Below are positions 52,764 to 62,700 of a stretch of DNA of 64,000 bases, in pieces. Source of the stretch: a virus. The stretch covers positions 32,001 to 96,000 of IMG/VR virus record IMGVR_UViG_3300046779_001269; one strand, given 5' to 3'. Made by a program: the position numbers and the translations under genes. Position 1 is the stretch's first letter, and each line of letters begins with the position of its first letter. The notes beneath the pieces are model-generated. The model saw nothing but the letters and a program-made list of their open reading frames with translations, was not told the origin of the DNA and ran no database searches.

Positions 52764-55700
52764 TTATTTGGATGTGTATGCTGTTGTTGGTGCAGTATTG
52801 GCAGTTCTTGCATTACCTTTTGTGACACGCAAATCAGCAATATAACCGTTCATTGCAGTGTATGCTGTACCAGTATAACCTACACCAATTGTGGCTGTTG
52901 GTGCATAATTGGTTGTATCAGAAACACCTGCACCTTGTTGTACACCGTCAAAATACATGTAAGTGACACCAGATACTCGTCTTATCATAAAGTGGTGCCA
53001 TGCGTTATCCAAATAACCACTTAGTGAACGAGACATTAAGTTTGCTGTGTTATAACTGGTTACCCAATACAAAGAACTTCCAGTTGCAGCTATTTGCCAA
53101 CTTGCACCTGTGTTACCAATAACAAGAAATGCTGTTGCTGTTGTTTTCATCCAGAATTCAACACAGAAATCTGAATTGCCAAAGTTCAAAGATTGATTAT
53201 TCACTGCAGCCATCAAATAGTCACCAGTACCATCAAAATATAAACTCTTGCCGGTGTTTTGACGGAATGGATTGAAACTAACCACCGATGCATTACCGTT
53301 TCTAGTTAGGGTAAAGTTGTTGATACTATTATCTCTATACTTGTTTGACTGACATGTTAATAGTTGTGTGCCAGAGACGGCAGTTAATGGACTTGTGGGT
53401 CCACCAACAGGAGGAACAATTGCAGTTCCTTTAACTACTCGCACATTACTCATGTATCCATTGACCGCAAAAGCACCAACTGAGTTGCCGGCGGGTGCTT
53501 TACCTGTTGCACCTATACCTGCCTGATCCGTTGTATTAAAGTTTACTGAACTTGTAGTAGTACCACGTGACACACCATCACGATATAATGTTACTGTTGT
53601 ACCACTTCGAACTAATGCATAATGATACCATTGACCAATTACTGCTCCAGTTGATTCAGTAATTGCTGCCGATCCACTTAAATAAACTATTAATGCTCCG
53701 TTACCATTACCTGTCTGTAATAGTATATCGCCTGCGGCTGTATAACCTTTACTGAATGGTGTTTGATATCCTGTGATTGAATTATAATTTATCCAAAACT
53801 CAATTGTAAAATCACCAGAACCCATTTGCAAACCTGCATTATCAGGCACAGTCAAATAATCTCCAGTGCCATCAAAATAGTTACTATAATAATTTTCTTC
53901 GTAGGGATTTTCACTTGATAATGTTACATTACCTAGAGTTTCAAAGTTCACAGATGAGTGAGCATCAATAATACCAGCAGAAGTACCAGTTAATAATAAA
54001 GATGATGATGTTGTATTTGCACCAATTATAGTTGTTGGTGTAAGAGGTGACACTGGTGGATAAAAGTTTGATGTATAAAGAGCTGCACCTTTTGTGATTT
54101 TAATATCTGATAAGTATCCATTAAAAGCTTCAGCACCATTATTTGAACTGCCACCTATACCAAAAATATTAGAAGTTATAGAAGTTGTGTAGTTTACAAT
54201 TGCTGTACCGACTTTATTTCCGTTAAGATATGCTTGAATGGTGTTGCTATTATCTACATTCTTAACTAAAGCAAAATGATACCAACGATTAGCTAACATA
54301 CCAGAAACTCCTATGTTGCTTCCGCCAGTGACATAGAATTCGAAATTGCCGCTGTTCAATCGTAAGAGCATAGATGTGCCGGCGCCACCGTTCCATCCAT
54401 CAATAATACCTCTTGTTAAACTCACTTCTTTGGCATAAAACCAACCTTCAATAGTCCAACTATATCCAGTTCCGGAAATATTCGCTGATGCTGGACAAAC
54501 TAAGTAGTCTGCCGTACCATCAAAGTACATAGAACCACCATTCACACTTGGTGTATATGATACTTGTGTTGTAGTTGTTTGACCAAATGGATTGAATGGT
54601 CTAGGTTTCACATCACCAGTTACAGTTAATGCATGGTAATTTGTACTGTTATCAACTAAAGTGGATGATTGACAGGTTAATAATTGTGTGTTTGCAATTG
54701 CTGTCAATGGACTTGTTGGTGGAGTAAAGATGGTTGATCCTGTAGTGGTACTACTGGTTGAGTACACAACACTTCCATCAACAAATCTAAAATTACTAAT
54801 ATATCCAGTGGTGTATCTGGTATTTCTTGGATCATATCCTAAGTAAAACAGATATGATGCCGTGCTCATTGCAGAACCTGCTTGATAAGCATCCAATTTA
54901 CCATCAACAAATAATCTATAATTTGTACCATCATATGTTATTGCAATATGATGCCACAAACCATTATTGATAATGGTCGTACCATTAAGTTGAACTCCGC
55001 CAGTACCGTTTAAGAACTGAAGTACACCTGAGGTTGTACCTGTCATGTATAAGTCCCAAATTGATGTGACACTCCATGATGCACCGTTACCACGATGTAC
55101 AAAAGTTTGATATTGTGTGGTACTTGTTGTGTTTAACCAGAACTCCATCGTCCATGTTGCCAAAGTTGATGTGAATGTTGGAGTTGTTAAATAATCTCCA
55201 TTACCATCAAAGTAATTACTATAACTTGCTGGTAAACTTGTCACACCACTGAATGGACTAAAGGCTTGTATTAATGGTGTGCCTGATGTTGTTACTGATA
55301 CCGCATTAACAGATTTGTCAATGAATCTATTGTCTTGACAGGTTAACAATACAGTATTTGCAACCGGTGCTAAAGGTGAAGTGGGAACAGTAATTGATGT
55401 TCCGGAATATAAACCAGTACCTGCAATTGTTCTTAGGTTGGAAATGTAACCTGGGAAATAACGAGTGCTTGAACCATCATTTTCACGAGCAATTGTGATA
55501 CTGCCGGCAGGATAGTTGTTACTGTCCGTGTATGTTGATCCAACTTGAACACCATCAATGTACATTCTGGTTGATCCACTAACTCTGGAAACAGCAATAT
55601 GTTGCCATTGATTCAATTTAACTGCTGCGGAACCCGAAGATATTCTGTTGGCAGCAGTCACATACCATGCATATCCACTTGATGATGTTAGTTCAACAAC

Positions 55701-58700
55701 TGGTTGTACTACACCAGCACCGTTTGTTCCGTTGCGTTGGTCATATACACCAGCAGTCGTTGGTACTGCTGTGCCTGTAAGGTAAACCCAACATTCGAAA
55801 GTGAAATTACCAGACCCTAATGCTAATGCTGAGTTGTTGTCTATACTTAACCAATCACCTGTTCCATTAAAGAAATTACTCCAACCAGTCTGACTGTATG
55901 GACTAAATGTACCTTGTGTTGTATTATTATTTCTGGTGATAGTATTATTGTAATTTGATTGATCCACAATACCATTGTTTTGAACACCACCATTATATTG
56001 ACAAGTTAACAATTGTGTGTTTGCTACTGCTGTTAGTGGTGCTTGCGCCGGCAAGAAGTTTGCGGTGTATAGTGCGGTGCCTTTTATGATACGTGCATCC
56101 GATATGTAACCATTTACGAATTGGGCACTAGGAGCGTTTAGATATCCAATCCAATAGTTTGAACCCGTCATTAAAGTGCCAGATAAAGTTTGTGTTGCAC
56201 CTTGTTGTACACCATTCAAAAATACACGAACAGAATTTCCTGACCTAGTTAACGCTAAATGTTGCCAAGTATTCAATGTCAATGTACCAATACCAGATGA
56301 AATATTTAATGCCCAGGAATTTCCAGCAGTAGACATAAGCAACGATATTGCTCCCGCACTTTCATATCCAAATCTAACCGATGCATAATATGAAGCATTT
56401 GTGTCTAGTGCAAACACGGGGTTTCCGTTTGATACAAATGTCGTTGGATATACCCATGCTTCCAGTGTGAAATCGCTTGATCCTAATTGAATTCCTGCGT
56501 TCGATGGAAGACTTAAATAATCGCCTGTACCATCAAAGTATGCTGAACCTAAACTAGTAACTGTTGTGTTACTAGTTGTCATTGTAAATGGACTTAATGC
56601 AACTGGCTGTGCTTGTCCAAAACTTGTGATTGTAAAGTTGTTTGTTGAATTATCTTTAGTTGTTGAACTTTGGCAGGTCAACAATGAAGTGTTTGTTATT
56701 GTGGTTAATGAACTTGTTGGTGCAGTAAACGATGATGTATATAATGCAGTGCCTTTTAGTACACGCAAATTTGATATTAGACCGGTATAGTGAGCAGATG
56801 CTCCATTCAAACCAATGTAATTTGTAGCACTAGAATCACCATATACTGTGCTATTAGTTGCTGATCCAACCGATACTCCATTAAAAAACATTGTTAGTGA
56901 TGTTCCGGATCTAGTAACAGCAACATGCGTCCATTGATTTAATGGAACCGCAGATGAAGAAGTGATTGCTACAGTACCATAGTTTGAAAACGTAATAAAG
57001 TTGGATGTAGAAAACGACAAATACCAACCGTTAGGACTACTTGAATTACAAATAATAGAACCAAATTGTGTTACTGTTGATGGAGTATAAATCCATGCTT
57101 CAATTGTGAAATCACCACTTCCGAAAGCCATAGATGCTGAAGCTGGAATAGTAAGATAATCACCAGTACCATCAAAATAAGTACTATACAATGTATTGTA
57201 TGCTGCTGTGGTTGGTGTAACAAATGGATGAGAAGCGTTAGTGACAGGCGTTCCTGAAACAGTAGGAATAAATCTATTATTAGAAGAATCAACAGTGTGA
57301 GAATTGTTTTGGAATAATAGTAAGGAAACTGTGCCTGTTAAAGATGAAGCGGCTCCTGATCCTGTAGAACCTACACTGTAAGTTGTAAGTGGAGTTGTAC
57401 TTGGTGTGAATGTACCAGAGTAAAGTGCTTGACCTTTCGTGACTCTGAAATTACTTATAGAACCATAGAAACGGAAACTGTCACTAGCGTTCTTTGAGGG
57501 TGCACCAATATCAACAGTAGCAGCATCGTTATTGTTAAATGATAATGTATCAGATGCTGCCAGAGTGCCGTTAATAAAAATCCTACGAGTAGTTCCACTT
57601 CGTACAAAAGCAATATGCGTATATTGCTGGTCAGAAATGGTGACTGCCGCAGCAACGTCTGTTTGTCCGTTTGACCTGAATCTAGCACCACCAGTACCTA
57701 CAAAAAGCGCTAAACCTCCAGCAGAGTTGACACCCTGTATGTAAACAGTTCGTTCATTTCCACTACCTGTTGGTATAAACCATCCTTCGATTGTGAAGTC
57801 ACTTGTACCCATTCTGAGTGCATTATTATCAGCAAATGTCAGACAGTGTGCGCCGGTTGTGCCAGTAACCATGCCATAATATCCATTATCATAAGGACTA
57901 AAATTACTTGGTTTAACATCACCAGCAATAGTCAAAGTACTATTTCTTAAACTTGCATCATTGATGAATGTGTTTGTTGATGGTGTAGTTGCATTTAACA
58001 ATAATGTTGTTTGTTTCCACAAAGGATCACCCAAAGAGATTGACCAACTGATTGTTCTGGTTGCACTTCTATTTGTTGTTGCAGCTGTAGCAGTCAACAA
58101 TGTTGTAACTGTCTGTGCTGCATCTGGTGTTCCGAAAATTGTAGAACCACTCAAAGATAGTCCAGAGGGCAACGCATTCGCTGTGTAACTAATCGTTCTA
58201 CCTGCAGCACTTGTTGCTGCTAGTGATACATTGGATATTGGAGAACCACCAGTCAACAAATAAGAAGTTGCATCTGCTGGTGAACTCCAAGTAACCACAT
58301 CTTGGTTGACATTGAATACAATATCTCTTACAGCACTTCTTCCTGTGGTGTTGGCTGTTGCAGTTAGTCTTGTGAAAGTATTTCCGACAGTATTGTTTGT
58401 GCCGGAAATTGTATTACCGGACAGTGTTATTCCTGATGGTAATGTATTGGCAGAATATTGAACATCGTAACCTGTTGCAGCAGTAGCCAATAATGTTACA
58501 TTTGAAATCGGTGCATATTCATATGCGGTTATTACTTGACTATCTGAAGGTGTACTCCAAGTAACCACATCCACATTGATTGTTAGACTGAAGGATCTAG
58601 TTACATCTTGGTTCTGAGCGTCTGAAGCCTTGATTGTGAAAGCATATGTTGTACTTGATGGTTCAACTGCTGCTGTACCTGATAAAGTACCATCAGATGA

Positions 58701-59201
58701 AAGTGTTGTTCCGTCTGGTAAAGAACCAGAAAATAAACTGTATGTGATAGGTGCATCACCTGTGGCAACAACAGATGCACTGATTGGTTTAGTTTCATAC
58801 ACAGTACCTAAAGTACCAGAAGATGTTGACCATGATGGACCAGAAGATACACTCAAGTTCAAATAGATTGCACCACCATCATCCGGATTAAACAACATAA
58901 TGTTGTATGAACCAACTGTTGTTGCTGGTGTTTGTATTCTTACTTCAGAACTTGATATGAATGTGGCTGTTATTGACTGATTGTTAAAATAGACTGTACA
59001 TCCAGATACAAAACCTGAACCAATTAATTTAACATAACTACCAGCAGTATCAAGTGCAGTATCATCTAAGTTATTAAAATTACTATCACAAATCACAATA
59101 GAACTAATTACAGGTGCAGCTGTGCCACCACCAGTTAAATTGGTGCTATTGAAAAAAGATTTGTTTGTGTAGGTTTGTTTATTTAACGACTTGATACTCA
59201 T
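52764..59201 (-). CDS. giant virion protein, IPT/Ig domains plus multiple LamG (ConA-like) domains
   Basis: Repeated YFDGTGDYL...DFTIE.W...W.H.A..RSG...GYIS..R..KG.A. Confidence 0.88.
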   Translation of the reverse strand: MSIKSLNKQTYTNKSFFNSTNLTGGGTAAPVISSIVICDSNFNNLDDTALDTAGSYVKLIGSGFVSGCTVYFNNQSITATFISSSEVRIQTPATTVGSYNIMLFNPDDGGAIYLNLSVSSGPSWSTSSGTLGTVYETKPISASVVATGDAPITYSLFSGSLPDGTTLSSDGTLSGTAAVEPSSTTYAFTIKASDAQNQDVTRSFSLTINVDVVTWSTPSDSQVITAYEYAPISNVTLLATAATGYDVQYSANTLPSGITLSGNTISGTNNTVGNTFTRLTATANTTGRSAVRDIVFNVNQDVVTWSSPADATSYLLTGGSPISNVSLAATSAAGRTISYTANALPSGLSLSGSTIFGTPDAAQTVTTLLTATAATTNRSATRTISWSISLGDPLWKQTTLLLNATTPSTNTFINDASLRNSTLTIAGDVKPSNFSPYDNGYYGMVTGTTGAHCLTFADNNALRMGTSDFTIEGWFIPTGSGNERTVYIQGVNSAGGLALFVGTGGARFRSNGQTDVAAAVTISDQQYTHIAFVRSGTTRRIFINGTLAASDTLSFNNNDAATVDIGAPSKNASDSFRFYGSISNFRVTKGQALYSGTFTPSTTPLTTYSVGSTGSGAASSLTGTVSLLLFQNNSHTVDSSNNRFIPTVSGTPVTNASHPFVTPTTAAYNTLYSTYFDGTGDYLTIPASASMAFGSGDFTIEAWIYTPSTVTQFGSIICNSSSPNGWYLSFSTSNFITFSNYGTVAITSSSAVPLNQWTHVAVTRSGTSLTMFFNGVSVGSATNSTVYGDSSATNYIGLNGASAHYTGLISNLRVLKGTALYTSSFTAPTSSLTTITNTSLLTCQSSTTKDNSTNNFTITSFGQAQPVALSPFTMTTSNTTVTSLGSAYFDGTGDYLSLPSNAGIQLGSSDFTLEAWVYPTTFVSNGNPVFALDTNASYYASVRFGYESAGAISLLMSTAGNSWALNISSGIGTLTLNTWQHLALTRSGNSVRVFLNGVQQGATQTLSGTLMTGSNYWIGYLNAPSAQFVNGYISDARIIKGTALYTANFLPAQAPLTAVANTQLLTCQYNGGVQNNGIVDQSNYNNTITRNNNTTQGTFSPYSQTGWSNFFNGTGDWLSIDNNSALALGSGNFTFECWVYLTGTAVPTTAGVYDQRNGTNGAGVVQPVVELTSSSGYAWYVTAANRISSGSAAVKLNQWQHIAVSRVSGSTRMYIDGVQVGSTYTDSNNYPAGSITIARENDGSSTRYFPGYISNLRTIAGTGLYSGTSITVPTSPLAPVANTVLLTCQDNRFIDKSVNAVSVTTSGTPLIQAFSPFSGVTSLPASYSNYFDGNGDYLTTPTFTSTLATWTMEFWLNTTSTTQYQTFVHRGNGASWSVTSIWDLYMTGTTSGVLQFLNGTGGVQLNGTTIINNGLWHHIAITYDGTNYRLFVDGKLDAYQAGSAMSTASYLFYLGYDPRNTRYTTGYISNFRFVDGSVVYSTSSTTTGSTIFTPPTSPLTAIANTQLLTCQSSTLVDNSTNYHALTVTGDVKPRPFNPFGQTTTTQVSYTPSVNGGSMYFDGTADYLVCPASANISGTGYSWTIEGWFYAKEVSLTRGIIDGWNGGAGTSMLLRLNSGNFEFYVTGGSNIGVSGMLANRWYHFALVKNVDNSNTIQAYLNGNKVGTAIVNYTTSITSNIFGIGGSSNNGAEAFNGYLSDIKITKGAALYTSNFYPPVSPLTPTTIIGANTTSSSLLLTGTSAGIIDAHSSVNFETLGNVTLSSENPYEENYYSNYFDGTGDYLTVPDNAGLQMGSGDFTIEFWINYNSITGYQTPFSKGYTAAGDILLQTGNGNGALIVYLSGSAAITESTGAVIGQWYHYALVRSGTTVTLYRDGVSRGTTTSSVNFNTTDQAGIGATGKAPAGNSVGAFAVNGYMSNVRVVKGTAIVPPVGGPTSPLTAVSGTQLLTCQSNKYRDNSINNFTLTRNGNASVVSFNPFRQNTGKSLYFDGTGDYLMAAVNNQSLNFGNSDFCVEFWMKTTATAFLVIGNTGASWQIAATGSSLYWVTSYNTANLMSRSLSGYLDNAWHHFMIRRVSGVTYMYFDGVQQGAGVSDTTNYAPTATIGVGYTGTAYTAMNGYIADLRVTKGNARTANTAPTTAYTSK

Positions 59202-59527
59202 GTGATTTCTGATCCAAAAGCACTAAAACTCATTGTTGCTGTGTTTGCATATACGGTAACAACATCAGTTGCTGCTAAGGTAATACCCATTGTAAGTGCA
59301 ACAGAATCGTTTCCGGATATACCGGTGTTATATGCTATATAGTGCTTCGAGGCCAGAGATTCTCCTGCTGGCCTGATAGCAACTCTAAACTGAGCACCAT
59401 TGGCCGACTGGTTACAAATATTAATCGTACTGATGATTGCCGAATTGGCTGCAGGAACGGTGTAAAGTGTTGTAGGTGTTTCAGATGAAGGAGTTATTTG
59501 ACCTAATACTTTCAATGTGGTAGACAT
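59198..59527 (-). CDS. small beta-rich virion adaptor protein
   Basis: TTLYTVPA, GITLAATD, FGSEIT. Confidence 0.7.
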   Translation of the reverse strand: MSTTLKVLGQITPSSETPTTLYTVPAANSAIISTINICNQSANGAQFRVAIRPAGESLASKHYIAYNTGISGNDSVALTMGITLAATDVVTVYANTATMSFSAFGSEIT

Positions 59528-59530
59528 TTG

Positions 59531-59704
59531 TTACATTCCTGATGTTAGAAAAACGAGTGGATTAAAATCTGAAGCCTTGGTGATGGCAGTGTTTGCTTGT
59601 GTTAGTATGTCAACACCAGAAACCACGACCGTATTGGCCGACAATTGGTCAACTGAGTAGTCCAGTGTTTGGTCAATGTTTGCTGGTTGTAGTTTTGTTG
59701 TCAT
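59531..59704 (-). CDS. small fibre-associated protein (57 aa)
   Basis: Not in ORF track: MTTKLQPANIDQTLDYSVDQLSANTVVVSGVDIL...; paralog of the 52742 N-terminus. Confidence 0.75.
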   Translation of the reverse strand: MTTKLQPANIDQTLDYSVDQLSANTVVVSGVDILTQANTAITKASDFNPLVFLTSGM

Positions 59705-59722
59705 TTTGCTTTTTTATATTAT

Positions 59723-62700
59723 TTATTTGACTTCAAATGTTGCTGTCGGTCGTGTGAAGTTTGCTGTGTAACGAGCAACACCCTTGGTGATTCTTATATC
59801 CGACAAGTAACCGGTGTGTGCCCCTGTATACTGAACGCCGTTACCTATTGTCAATCTTGTATTAGTTATACTCGCAGTTATTGTTTGATTCGTTCCTACT
59901 TGCGTGCCATTAAGGAATAATCTCACAGTACCACTACTTCGTGTAATCGCAATGTGGTGCCATGTGTTTGTGGCTATGGAAGTTGCAGGGTTATACACTG
60001 TTCCAGCAATAAGCACGGACAGTTCAGAACCACCGAATATGTACGACATGAATGTGTCTGTGCCAGCAGCATTTGTTCCAGTGATGAATCGTTGTGTTCC
60101 ACCTGTTGTTGAGTACATCCAATATTCAACTGTAAAGTCGCCTGTACCGAATGATAGTGCATCAGTTGATGCTGAGTACAACCAATCGGTGCCATCAAAG
60201 TAGTAACTCTGACCTGCTGTTGAATAAGGATATCTTGATTTTGTTACAATAACATCACCAACTGTTTCCAAGTTGTTGCTACCATGCATATCAATAATGC
60301 CACCAGAAGTACCCGATAACAATAATGTTGAAGTTCCTGTGTTTGCACCAATTCTGTATGTTGGTGTTGCTGGTGCCACCGGTGGAACAAAGTTGGCTCT
60401 GTATAAACTAAAACCGTTTATAAGTTGAGCATCACTAATGTAACCATTCAACATAGAAGTCGTGTCGCTTCTTCCACCAATAGTCAATGCTTGTGAACCG
60501 TCATATAATGTGGATGTTGTCAAGTCTGTGGTATATGTTTGAACTCCGTTAGTGAATGCTCTTAACACTCCACTAGTTCTTGTGACTGCGACATGATACC
60601 ATTGACCTGGAGTAACCGTTCCTAAACTGCCTTCGTTCACAACCCAAGAACCACCATTCAAACTCATGTTCAAACGAAGTGTATTACCACTATCAATTCT
60701 TATTAACCAAGGAGCATATGCAGCCCAACCATTAGTCATAATCACTTGTTCAGTGCTTGCAACATTAGTATAGAACCAACACTGAATAGTAAAGTCATTA
60801 GCCTTAAAACCTAATGTTGGATAATTTGCAACAGTTAACTTGTCACCAGTACCATCAAAATATATACTACCGCCGTTAGTAGTAGGTGAATATGATACTT
60901 GTGTTGTAGTTGTTTGACCAAAAGGATTGAATGGTAATGGTTTAGTGTCACCGACAGCAGTTAATGTGAAATAGTTTGTGCTATTATCAATTAGTGTAGA
61001 ATTTTGGCATGTTAATAATAGAGTATTCGTTACTGCTGTCAATGGTGAAGTTGGAGGTGTAAACGCTCCGGTATATAATGCAGTACCTTTAACTATTCTA
61101 AAGTTTGACATATATCCGTTTAGATGATATGAACCGTCCAATCTTCTTCCTATATTCACTGTATTAGTTGAACCAATAGATTCGTTGGTGGTACTTGTAG
61201 CCATCACAACACCATTCTTAAACAATTTAGTTGTTCCTGAACTTCTTGATGCTGCTATGTGAGTCCATTGGTTTATATCTGAGCTAGTGAAAAAGTTGGC
61301 TGTTCCACCACCGAAGATATTATATGCCCAATACAAAGTTCCAGCATCACAAGAGAATTGGTCGGTTGCTCCAGATCCACCAGTGGAATAAATTGACCAA
61401 GTTGTACTTGAACTATATATCCATGCTTCAATTGTATAATCAGCCGCAAGTACAAAATTACTTGATCCCGGAACAGTTAAGTAATCTCCACTACCATCAA
61501 AGTAAACACTATAACTTGTTGGTACACTTGTTATGCCACCAAATGGACTAAAGGCCTGCACAGAAGGTGTTGATACAGGCGTCAATACAATGTTGTTTCG
61601 ACTATCATCAACAAATCTATTGTCTTGACATGTCAACAATACTGTTCCGGTAACAGGTATAAATGGTAAAGTGGGAACACTTATAGACGATCCAGTGTAT
61701 CCAACAGTGTTAGTTGTTCCTCTAACTACTCTCAAGTTACTTAAATAACCATTAAAATAACTACTACCATTGCCAGCTATTCGTAATCTATCATAAGTTG
61801 ATGTTTGAGATGAAAAATTTCTACTAGTAAATGATTGACCTGTGCCATTCACATAAATATCAACAGTATGTGCCCCAGCTGAACCTGTAGCATTGACTAC
61901 AATTGCAATATGTGCCCATTGATTAACTGGTACTACTGCGGTTGTAGTCACACTGTCAACTGACCCTGTACTGGTAGTCCAGGTAAAGAACACTTTACTC
62001 GTAGCTCCGGTGCTTGCTGCACCATTACCTATTTCAACATACCATCTACCGTTTGCAGCTACTGCTGCCCATGTACCTATCACTTCGTTGGTACTACCTG
62101 TGGAACTGGTTGTTTGATAAGCCCAAAATTCTATTGTGGTAAAATTTCCATTGAACCCACCGAATGCTGTCGCAGCAGCGGTTGGTAATGTAAAGTATTG
62201 TGAACTTGTTCCAACAAAATAATTACTCCAACCTGTTTGACTGTATGGACTAAATGTGCCTTGTGATACATTGCCACTTCTAGTGATAATGTTATTGAAA
62301 CTGGATTCGTCTCTGAAACTATTATTGTTGCGTGAGCCGTTAGTTTGTAATGTCAACAACTGTGTGTTGGCTCCTGCTGTCAATGGTCTTGTAAATTCTG
62401 GTACAAAGTTTGATGTATATAATACAGAACCTTTGGTGAATCTAACATCAGAAAGGTAACCTTTGAAGTTACCACTTCCTAATATTAATTTTTTATTTTC
62501 ATTGACGACACCAGTACTTGTACCTGTTGCTACAGAAATGCCATTACGGTAAATAGTGTAATTGTTTCCAGAACGAGTGACACATAAATGCACCCATCGA
62601 CCTGCCGTAATACCACTTGAAAATGGTGTTACAATATCACCTGTTGTTTCGGTTGTTCTAAAATAAAATTCGTTTGAATTCCACAACATTAGATATGGAT

